Source: an uncultured cyanobacterium
Lineage (GTDB): Bacteria > Cyanobacteriota > Cyanobacteriia > PCC-9006 > JAAUQQ01
Direction of reading: 5' to 3'
NCBI GenBank assembly: GCA_963718615.1
Contig: OY970368.1
Location: 2,176,001 to 2,240,000 of the forward strand
DNA: 64,000 bases
The notes below the pieces were generated by a model, which saw nothing but the letters and a program-made list of their open reading frames with translations, was not told the origin of the DNA and searched no databases. How positions within the stretch are numbered: the stretch's first letter is position 1; the number at the start of each line of letters is the position of its first letter. The translations under genes and the position numbers were made by a program. This document shows, one piece after another, positions 53,311-64,000 of this stretch.

Positions 53311-53913
53311 TTAATACATCAAAAGCCGCCGCAGGCAAAAGGCAAACACAGAGGCCGCACAGGCGATCGCCCCCTGGGCCGGTAAAGCCGTCAGCGAATA
53401 CTGGGCGATCGCCTCCGTTAGTGACAACGATGCCCCATTAGCCCAGCCGAGGCCATAGCACAAACTGAGATAGACCAAACCAAAGCTGTGGATCACCGCT
53501 AGACCCCCGAAGCAGCTCAAGCTCAGCAGCTCAATTCGAGGCGGTACGCGAAAGGCCAGCCAGCCGCAAACCCAGGCCCCCGGCACAAACCCCAGCAAAT
53601 AGCCAAACGTCGGCTGCTGCCAATAGCTCAGGCCACCCCCTTGGGCAAAGACGCCAAATCCCATTAACCCCAGCACCAGATAGGCAATCTGGGCCAAGGC
53701 CCCCGCATTTTTCCCCCCCATGCAGGCCGCCAACAGTACGGCTCCGACTTGATAGGTCACGCCCAGGGGATGAACCTGCATGCTGCCCCCATTCCAAGAC
53801 CAGCGGGGACTGGCAATCGATGCTTCGATCAGGGTCCCCCCGATAGTCAGCAATAGGCCAATCATGGCCCAAATTAAATCCAGGGGTAGGGACACAGGGG
53901 TTCTCAGCCTCAC
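53311..53913 (-). CDS. bioY: Biotin transporter BioY
   Basis: YLVLGL.G..VFAQGGG...PTFGYLLGF. Confidence 0.9.
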   Translation of the reverse strand: MRLRTPVSLPLDLIWAMIGLLLTIGGTLIEASIASPRWSWNGGSMQVHPLGVTYQVGAVLLAACMGGKNAGALAQIAYLVLGLMGFGVFAQGGGLSYWQQPTFGYLLGFVPGAWVCGWLAFRVPPRIELLSLSCFGGLAVIHSFGLVYLSLCYGLGWANGASLSLTEAIAQYSLTALPAQGAIACAASVFAFCLRRLLMY

Positions 53914-54236
53914 AACACCTCTCTCATGGGTTGAATCGTAAACCGATAGGACAGTTTTTCGTCAATTACGATTTTTCGTCAATTTAAGTCTCCAAAGCTT
54001 AGCCTAGGGAACCACCTCAGACAAGGTTTGCCAACGCAGTCCTGTCTGGGGTTTTAGACCTCCATAATTTCACGGAGCATCTGAGCTAAACGAGTGAAAA
54101 GATGACGCAGATTTCTCAGAGAAACAGCGGAATCAGGCCCGCTGTTCGTGTGAAAGTTTTGCATAATTGCTTTAATAGATCGGTCATCGGCTGGTCCTAA
54201 ATGCCGTAACTGCTTGCCGTAACTGGTATTTGACCA

Positions 54237-55181
54237 TTGAATTTTTTGTTAAAGCTTTTTGTCAGATCAGCACGATTCTCTTCCCTGAAACAGCGGTGGC
54301 AACGTTTAGGGTTGATCGTCTTGTGTCTTGGGAGCTTGGGGATGCAGGGATCAGCCCATGCCCTCCTGGTGCATGGCTCTGTTCCCCTCCTGCCCCCAAG
54401 GCTGGTTGCCCAAACGGTTCAGCTCCTTTCCCAGGGGCAATGGCTAGAGGTTCTCCAGGTGAGTGGTCAGGTGACCCTACAGGCAAGTCAGCCCCGTCCG
54501 GCCCAGGTGGGCGATCGCCTCGTCAAAGCTGGGGACACCCTCACCACCGGACCTCGCTCCTACAGCCTGCTGCAACTGGACAGCGGCATCGGCACCATCC
54601 AGGTGGCCGAAAATACGCTGCTGCAAGTCCGCAACCTCGAGAAACTGCGCAACGGGGCCAGGGTAACGACGCTCAATTTGAAACGGGGCCAGGTACGGCT
54701 GCGGATTCGCAAATTGAGCAATCCCGATAGCCGCTTTGAAATTCACAGCCCTACGGGGATTGCGGGGGTTCGGGGCACTGAATTTGGCGTGTTGCTCAAT
54801 CAAAGCCAGCGTATGGTTGTGGGGACTGAATCCGGCCTGGTGAATGCGAGTTCTAACGGCGAGAGTGTCGACCTTGGGCCTGAAACCGGCTCCGCAATTT
54901 TTCCGGCAGAGCCCCCCCTGCCGCCCTTGCCCTTGGACCGAGAATTGCGGTTTCAACTGGATGAAGTGGACTATCGTGAGAAACAGGTTTGGATTAGCGG
55001 TCAGGTAAATCCCCTCAACAGCGTTATTGCCAATGGTGTGGACCTCGATATTTCCAAAACGGGTACGTTTGAGCAGTTGATTCCCGCCCGACGGGGACAG
55101 GCGATCGCCATTGCCGTGCTCAATGCCCTCGGGGACGAGCGCCGGTATATCTTCCTGGGTTCAGAACGGTTGGTGCAGTAG
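54237..55181 (+). CDS. FecR-domain secreted protein
   Basis: GD.L.TG..S, SPTGIAGVRGTEF; signal-like N-terminus. Confidence 0.85.
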   Translation: MNFLLKLFVRSARFSSLKQRWQRLGLIVLCLGSLGMQGSAHALLVHGSVPLLPPRLVAQTVQLLSQGQWLEVLQVSGQVTLQASQPRPAQVGDRLVKAGDTLTTGPRSYSLLQLDSGIGTIQVAENTLLQVRNLEKLRNGARVTTLNLKRGQVRLRIRKLSNPDSRFEIHSPTGIAGVRGTEFGVLLNQSQRMVVGTESGLVNASSNGESVDLGPETGSAIFPAEPPLPPLPLDRELRFQLDEVDYREKQVWISGQVNPLNSVIANGVDLDISKTGTFEQLIPARRGQAIAIAVLNALGDERRYIFLGSERLVQ

Positions 55182-55913
55182 GGTCAATCCCCCAGACAAT
55201 CCCCAGGCCAGAAATGCCGAGCCCAGCGGCACCGTGAGATTATCGATTCCTAGCCAGGAAAAGGCTTCCAGACCGGCAGCGGCGATCGCCACCCCCGCCG
55301 CCATCAACCCCGTCACGGCAACTGTTGCTCCAGTCAAAGGCATTTGTTGAGCCACTGCCATTAAAAGCAGGGGCAGGGCGATGGCAAAACTCACTCCGGC
55401 CATGGTCAGTGAGCCCTCCCAGCTTTTTTCGAGCCCGCCTAGCTGGTAGCGATGACGACCCCAATATTTGCCAATTAGCCCCGCCAGACCATCTCCCCAG
55501 GTCATGGTCAAAATACCCAGAACCGCAAACTGAGGGAGCGATCGCGGCCAAAACCAGGCCACCAATAGGCCAATGCTGACCGCATAGAAATAGGTCCCCA
55601 AACTTTTGCGACCAACGCTATTGATGCCGGGTAAAATCGGCACAAAATAGGACAGCAGCGTCACAAAACTAAAGACGATACTCGCGCCGACGCCCATCCA
55701 GGTGGGCAAATCTAGCCACCAGGCCAACAGGATCACATTGCCTGTCCCAATATGGACCGTTTTGCGAATCAGTTCCGGTTCTCGGCCCGGTTGCCGATGG
55801 AGTCCCCAGGCGATCGCCCCCACCAACATCAGCCAGAGTGCGGCGATCGCCGCGCGTACCCAAAGTGCAGCCAACCCACTCATCAACAAGATTGATTTGA
55901 TTCCACGAGACAA
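55161..55913 (-). CDS. Phytol/polyprenol kinase (VTE5-like); start may be 55883
   Basis: RKTVHIGTG, WGDGLAGLIG, KSWEGS, DNLTVP. Confidence 0.88.
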   Translation of the reverse strand: MSRGIKSILLMSGLAALWVRAAIAALWLMLVGAIAWGLHRQPGREPELIRKTVHIGTGNVILLAWWLDLPTWMGVGASIVFSFVTLLSYFVPILPGINSVGRKSLGTYFYAVSIGLLVAWFWPRSLPQFAVLGILTMTWGDGLAGLIGKYWGRHRYQLGGLEKSWEGSLTMAGVSFAIALPLLLMAVAQQMPLTGATVAVTGLMAAGVAIAAAGLEAFSWLGIDNLTVPLGSAFLAWGLSGGLTLLHQPF

Positions 55914-55995
55914 CCTGGGATGATGGTATCCTATCGTCTGTCAGCGCGGGATTATGACGCTTCAAACCCCTAATCCCCCCCGAGCCTCGGAGTGA

Positions 55996-58954
<2,959 letters not shown>

Positions 58955-59303
58955 CCCACCAAGCCACGATGATTCATCAACGACCTCTATCTAGTAACTC
59001 ATGCTTCCGTGTGTCCCGTATAGAGATGAGGTTGGGAACCTTTTCTCTCGCGTTCATGTCTTGGGAGACAGTGTACTTCCGCACTTATTTCTAGATAGAT
59101 AGACAGTAGATGCTACAAGGTAGAGCTTCCCCTTTCCGCTCAGTAAAACAAAGCCAAAAGCCTGACTCAAAGACTTTTAACAACTTTCTCGCACCATAAC
59201 CTAAGACCTTCCGCAAGAAAGATATCTATGGTCGGACCTAATTTATTTATACCAATAAAAATACAGTGTCCTTGAAGAATCTAGAAGGGGATTCATCGTA
59301 GCT

Positions 59304-62300
59304 TCATAAAGGTGGGGTTATAGGTGAGGGTGTCGATAAAGGGGTTGCCAAGGGGTTGGCAGGCGATGGCGGGGTTGTGGTAGGGGTCGTGGCAGGGGTC
59401 GTGGCAGGGGGTGCAGCGGTGCGATTGACGATGCCCTGTTGCGAGGGCTGCTCCCCTTGAAAGAGGACTCGGAGGGCGGTTTGCAAGTTTTCCTCCATGA
59501 CAATTTGATTGCCATAGGCTACGATCACGCGAATCAGTGTCGGTAGGCTATTGCGCTCGGCTTCCAGATAGAGCGGTTCGACGTACAACAGAGATTGTTC
59601 AATGGGAATGACCAGCAAATTGCCTTGGATGACGCGAGATCCTTCTCGATCCCAAAGAGAAATGAGCTGTGAAATTCGAGGTTCTTGGTTGATCCGGGCT
59701 TCGATTTGTTCAGGCCCAAAAATGAGCCGCTGTTTGGGGAATTGGTAGAGCAACAGCTTGCCGTAGTTGTCACCATCGGAGCGACCTGCCAGCCAGGCAA
59801 TTAAATTATTACGTCGGACAGGGGTAAAGGGATGGAGAAGAACAAATTCCTCCTGCTCAGCCGTGGGCAGCCGCATGATCAGATAGTAGGGTTCGATGGG
59901 GCGAGGCTCATTGCCGTAGATTTCGGAGGGTACCTGCCATTGATCTTCACGGTTATAAAAGACTTTTGGATCCGTCATATGATAGGTCAAAAGCCGTTCT
60001 GACTGGATGTCAAAGAGGTCAATGGGATAGCGAATATGGCTGCGTAAGGGGGCGGGTAAATCATCCAGGGCATGAAATAAATCGGGGAAAATTCGGCTCC
60101 AGGTTTGAATGATCGGATCCTTAGGATCGGTGATGTAAAAGTAGGTTGAGCCGTTGTAGGCATCAATGACAACTTTGACGGAGTTGCGAATGTAGTTGAA
60201 GGGCTGCTGGCCAGGGTCGGAGTAGGGATAGCGATCGCTCGTCGTATAGGCATCAACTACCCAATAGAGATAGTTGGTGGTTGAACTCGAATTGGCCGTT
60301 TCAACGAGCTGGCCGTTTTGGACCACGAGAGGTTTTGTGGCGGTGACCAAGTAGGGATCGGCATCGAAGCGGAGGAAGGGGGCGATCGCCTGAATCCGAG
60401 ATTGAATATTGCGCCGGAATAGTAGCTTGGTGTTGGGGGTAAAGTTCCGGGTCAGCCACATCTGCCAGTCGTGCAAATACATGCCAAACATCCAGCGCCG
60501 CCAAAGTGAGCCAATGGCAATGCCACCCTGACCGTCGTAGACCGTTTCAATATTGTCGTTACCGCTTGGATAATCCAGTTCGCGGGTGCGGGTCGAAGTC
60601 ATGATATAGGTGTTGGTTAGGCCACCGTAGTAGATACGGGGAGCATTCACCGGCAGACTTGCACGCACATCTCCATTGGTTAGCCCTAATTCTGCATTGC
60701 CTTGGACCGTGATATTGGTACCAATATCTTTGACAAAATAGGTCGGTAAGCCGCCTTCACCAGCGGTGTTGACTGGACTGAGCGTAAACCCGTAGCCATG
60801 GGTATAGACGAGATGCTGATTGACCCAGGTTTGGGCTTCCTCCGGGACCGCTCCAAAGTCCAGTTCACGAGCCGCAATGATCACCTGCTGATTGCTGGAA
60901 GTGGGGTTTCCGGGATCGAGGTGATAGCGATCGATATCGGCATCGGGAAAACTGTAATAGAGACGAATTTGCTGAAGCTGCCGGTTGGTTTGGAGGAGCG
61001 GTCGCGTATCCCAAAGCCTTATATTATCGAGGGTGGCTTGGTTGGTGAGGAGATCGGCGGCGGTTAGGGTGCCGATGGGATCGAAATTTTGAACTTCGAT
61101 ATTGCTCAGATCAAATGCCGCGCGGGTTGCATCAATGCCGCGTGTAATATAGCGTTGCTCCCGTACAAATTCATTGGGCAAGACGAGGAGTTCTTGGATG
61201 GCAGTGGGTAGAACATTGCCAATAAAAATGACTAAGACAATATAACCAATCCACAGATCTAAAAAGGGATGCAAAATAAAAAACTGAAGGGGATTGGCTT
61301 TGCGGTGGCGTTGGAGTCTCAGTTTTTTTTGTGGGGTATGTAAACTCCAGCCTGCTGCGCGATAGAGTAAGATTATGGCAATCAGCAAGGCGATCACTGT
61401 CAGCGCCACATCGACGGGTAATTGAATATTAACATCGGTATAACTTGCACCAAAGGTTGCGCCTCGCTGGGAATACAAACGCCCATAACGCGAAAGCCAA
61501 TGACTCAGGGCAATGGTCAACATTAAGCCGCCCCCGAGGCCATACAAATGGTGTTGCTGATTAGAAGAAAAACCGCGAAAGAGCCCTCGACTGAGGCTGC
61601 CAGTTCCGCAAAGATAAACAACGGTAATGGCAATGAGCAAAAACAGTAAAATGCTCACGAGCCAAAACCGCAGCAATTCCCAGGCGGGTAAAACAAAAAT
61701 ATAAAAACTAATATCTCGATGGAATTGCGGGTCTTGAACCCCAAATCGGGTGGGGTTTAGGAGCGGCAAGAGATGGGTCCAATGGCTAGCGAGAATAAAG
61801 CTAAGGCTTAGACATAGTAAGGTGCCGGAGGTAATCAGCGTACTCCAGGGGGCAATGACAATGGAGAGGGCGATCGCTCCCACCGGTATCCATTTCCAAG
61901 GCAAGGCCGACAGCTCGTAGACATCTTCCCAGAGGCTGCCGAGATTAAACTGTACGGGCAAGTCTGGGGCCTCCATCAGCAGTTGTGAGCCCATTCCCCA
62001 GATTCTCACCAGCTCGCAACCATAGTGATAGAGCAGCATCGACAACAGTAGCCCCAGAGTACCCAGAGTCAGCAGCAGTAGCCTTAGCCCCATGGCAACT
62101 CGAATTTTGCCGTCTGCCGTTGCCGGAAATGGCCCCGTGGACCTTTGCCAGCGCCAGCGGGGTCGGTGGATGGCCAGCCCGGAGCCTGGTGTTAAGCCAT
62201 CTAGGGGGGGATCATCGTTGCGTAGCTTCCAGGCCAAACGCAAATTCCAGGCCACAAAACCGCCCGACAGCCCGATGGTCAGCAGCCAAACCCAGAAGCG

Positions 62301-62516
62301 TGTCTGCATCCGCAGCCAAAATACCTGACTGTAGCCGAGCTCCTGGAACCAAATCGTTTCCGCTAGGAGCCAAGAGCCGAAGTCGAGGAAAAAGAGCAGG
62401 GCGATCGCCCCCAAACCGATCCAAGACCAGCGCTGCCGCAGGAGCTTGGCCCAGGGCAACTCTGGCGTGGGCGGTGTGGGAACGGAGCTAGGTTGAGAAA
62501 ACCGACGTTGCACCAT
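59304..62516 (-). CDS. UPF0182 family membrane protein
   Basis: WFQELGY, NIRLWD, HLVYTHGYG, NYIRNSVK, GNLLVIP, YVEPLY. Confidence 0.95.
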   Translation of the reverse strand: MVQRRFSQPSSVPTPPTPELPWAKLLRQRWSWIGLGAIALLFFLDFGSWLLAETIWFQELGYSQVFWLRMQTRFWVWLLTIGLSGGFVAWNLRLAWKLRNDDPPLDGLTPGSGLAIHRPRWRWQRSTGPFPATADGKIRVAMGLRLLLLTLGTLGLLLSMLLYHYGCELVRIWGMGSQLLMEAPDLPVQFNLGSLWEDVYELSALPWKWIPVGAIALSIVIAPWSTLITSGTLLCLSLSFILASHWTHLLPLLNPTRFGVQDPQFHRDISFYIFVLPAWELLRFWLVSILLFLLIAITVVYLCGTGSLSRGLFRGFSSNQQHHLYGLGGGLMLTIALSHWLSRYGRLYSQRGATFGASYTDVNIQLPVDVALTVIALLIAIILLYRAAGWSLHTPQKKLRLQRHRKANPLQFFILHPFLDLWIGYIVLVIFIGNVLPTAIQELLVLPNEFVREQRYITRGIDATRAAFDLSNIEVQNFDPIGTLTAADLLTNQATLDNIRLWDTRPLLQTNRQLQQIRLYYSFPDADIDRYHLDPGNPTSSNQQVIIAARELDFGAVPEEAQTWVNQHLVYTHGYGFTLSPVNTAGEGGLPTYFVKDIGTNITVQGNAELGLTNGDVRASLPVNAPRIYYGGLTNTYIMTSTRTRELDYPSGNDNIETVYDGQGGIAIGSLWRRWMFGMYLHDWQMWLTRNFTPNTKLLFRRNIQSRIQAIAPFLRFDADPYLVTATKPLVVQNGQLVETANSSSTTNYLYWVVDAYTTSDRYPYSDPGQQPFNYIRNSVKVVIDAYNGSTYFYITDPKDPIIQTWSRIFPDLFHALDDLPAPLRSHIRYPIDLFDIQSERLLTYHMTDPKVFYNREDQWQVPSEIYGNEPRPIEPYYLIMRLPTAEQEEFVLLHPFTPVRRNNLIAWLAGRSDGDNYGKLLLYQFPKQRLIFGPEQIEARINQEPRISQLISLWDREGSRVIQGNLLVIPIEQSLLYVEPLYLEAERNSLPTLIRVIVAYGNQIVMEENLQTALRVLFQGEQPSQQGIVNRTAAPPATTPATTPTTTPPSPANPLATPLSTPSPITPPL

Positions 62517-62584
62517 GAACCTTGGGAAATAAACAGGGACTTGAGTTTCCCCATTATGGCGCTGGAGTGCCGGGTTGAAGACGC

Positions 62585-62627
62585 GATTGACTACTCCCCC
62601 CGGTTGAAACCGGGGGAGTAGTCAATC
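62585..62627. repeat. Long palindrome resembling IS200/IS605 ends
   Basis: GATTGACTACTCCCCCCGGTTGAAACCGGGGGAGTAGTCAATC, about 20-bp stem with one bulge. Confidence 0.6.
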
Positions 62628-62933
62628 AACAAACGCGGATGATTCGCCGGAGCAGTGGACTACCCAGTACTGAAGATTGTCGGTCAAGGAAAGTTCACAA
62701 AGATAGAGGACAAAGAAGACAAACCGAGCCAGGGAAAACCCCCAGGGGAAACTCAAGGTTATGTCCGAGACAGTCTAGGGTCAGCGGGGTGTGGTAGCGT
62801 CAGAGCGAGATAAATTTGCGATCGCCCCCTCAGCGATCATCAGCGATCAGCGCCCCCACCCATGGCTATAAACGCCTTTCGTCTGTTCCTCAAACATCTT
62901 GGTCTGGCACCGGATTTGCCACCGCAGAACTGT

Positions 62934-64000
62934 ATGTATCGGTTTCAGATTACCGCAGCGACAAAACCTGGAGAAACCATTGTTTTGGTGGGCTCCTGTC
63001 CGGAATTGGGGTCTTGGGACATTGCCAACGGGGTTCCGCTTCGGACGGGGGGCGATCGCTATCCCCTCTGGTGGGTTGATGTAGCCTTTAATGGTGATGT
63101 CTATAACAGCGATGTCTATAACGGCGAGAGAACCGAGCCCCAAAGGATTGAATACAAGTATGTTCGACTGGGTCAAGATGGCCAAGCGGCCTGGGAAGGC
63201 TGGGGCCATAATCGCTGGATTCCCCTTGAACCAGAGCTACCGGCTGGCTGCGTGATCGTTGAAGATGGGCTATTTGGCAACATTCATCCCCATCCCTACG
63301 GATATTTTGCAGACCCCATTCCCCAGGCGCTGTCTCCGAAGGGAGCGGAAGGACTCAAGGTGGTGGTGATTGGTAGTTCCGTGGCGCTGGGCTGTAGCGC
63401 TTGGTTGTTGCGGGGCTGGTCCTGGCGGTTATCCCAGGCGTTGCGCGATCGCTATGGCCATCAACTGGTGAATCGGTCCGAAATTGGAGCCAATGTCAGT
63501 GGGACCATCGCCCGCTTTTCCCAGGTGGTTACACCGGAACAGCCCGACATTGTGATTATTGCGCTGTCCTTGGGCAACGAGGGGTTTGCCTCCAGCTCTT
63601 CGCAGCAGCGACGGGCAATTCAGCGACATTTCGAAAATGGCCTTCAACAGCTAATCAAAATGACCCGTGAACTGGGGGCGCGACCGATTTTAGGGGGGTT
63701 GTATCCCAATGGTGGCTATACCGCTGAGCATTGTGACTGGCTGCGGGAAACCCACGATCGCATGGCAACCTGGGGCGTACCGCTGTTGGATTGGTGGGCC
63801 GTTTTGGCCGATGGGTCAGGGCGTTGGCAGCCCGGTTTGGCCTTTGACCCAGCCCATCCCAATACCCGAGGCCATCAGCTCATGTATGAGGCAATCGACC
63901 TCAACCTGTTTCAACCCATTCCCAAGGACCTCAATCCCCCGCAAACGCTGGATGTTGCAGGGAGGGTCACCCTGTTTCAAGACCCGGATGGGTTTGAGAT
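62934..64000 (+). CDS. CBM20 + SGNH/GDSL hydrolase protein (runs off window end)
   Basis: Manual translation MYRFQITAATKPGETIVLVGSCPELGSWD...EYKY...WE...NR (CBM20), then VIGSSVALG...LSLGNEG...DPAHPN (SGNH blocks). Confidence 0.88.
   Translation, partial: MYRFQITAATKPGETIVLVGSCPELGSWDIANGVPLRTGGDRYPLWWVDVAFNGDVYNSDVYNGERTEPQRIEYKYVRLGQDGQAAWEGWGHNRWIPLEPELPAGCVIVEDGLFGNIHPHPYGYFADPIPQALSPKGAEGLKVVVIGSSVALGCSAWLLRGWSWRLSQALRDRYGHQLVNRSEIGANVSGTIARFSQVVTPEQPDIVIIALSLGNEGFASSSSQQRRAIQRHFENGLQQLIKMTRELGARPILGGLYPNGGYTAEHCDWLRETHDRMATWGVPLLDWWAVLADGSGRWQPGLAFDPAHPNTRGHQLMYEAIDLNLFQPIPKDLNPPQTLDVAGRVTLFQDPDGFE

Noticed and set aside
62628-62815. Possible omegaRNA/HEARO next to the IS605-like palindrome
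   Set aside because: No recognisable conserved motifs and no iscB/tnpB remnant visible

Overview
Chromosomal segment of a cyanobacterium (dense HIP1 GCGATCGC octamers; ycf37, DUF928/CHASE2, DUF29 and Uma2 genes). Most of it is housekeeping (ndbB, uppS, a second-type prk, ilvE, dps, pgm, rpmI-rplT, ycf37, mrdA, comB, lspA, bioY, pyrG, UPF0182). There are two accessory zones. (1) About 5.5-21.2 kb is a defence island. It holds Uma2, DUF29, vapC and cas2 remnants and a TM + Rossmann-like protein ahead of a type III-B-variant Cmr operon (HD-less, GGDD-intact Cas10, Cmr3, Cmr4, Cmr5, Cmr6-Cmr1 fusion; no cas1, intact cas2 or cas6 in the window). A 52-repeat CRISPR array follows, whose last spacer is interrupted by a 103-bp MITE, then a His-motif protein/DUF6745 pair and a vWA protein with a duplicated C-terminal domain. 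(2) About 36.9-41.3 kb is a double-glycine-leader precursor with HlyD and a C39-peptidase ABC exporter. All calls come from reading motifs by eye; no database searches were run.
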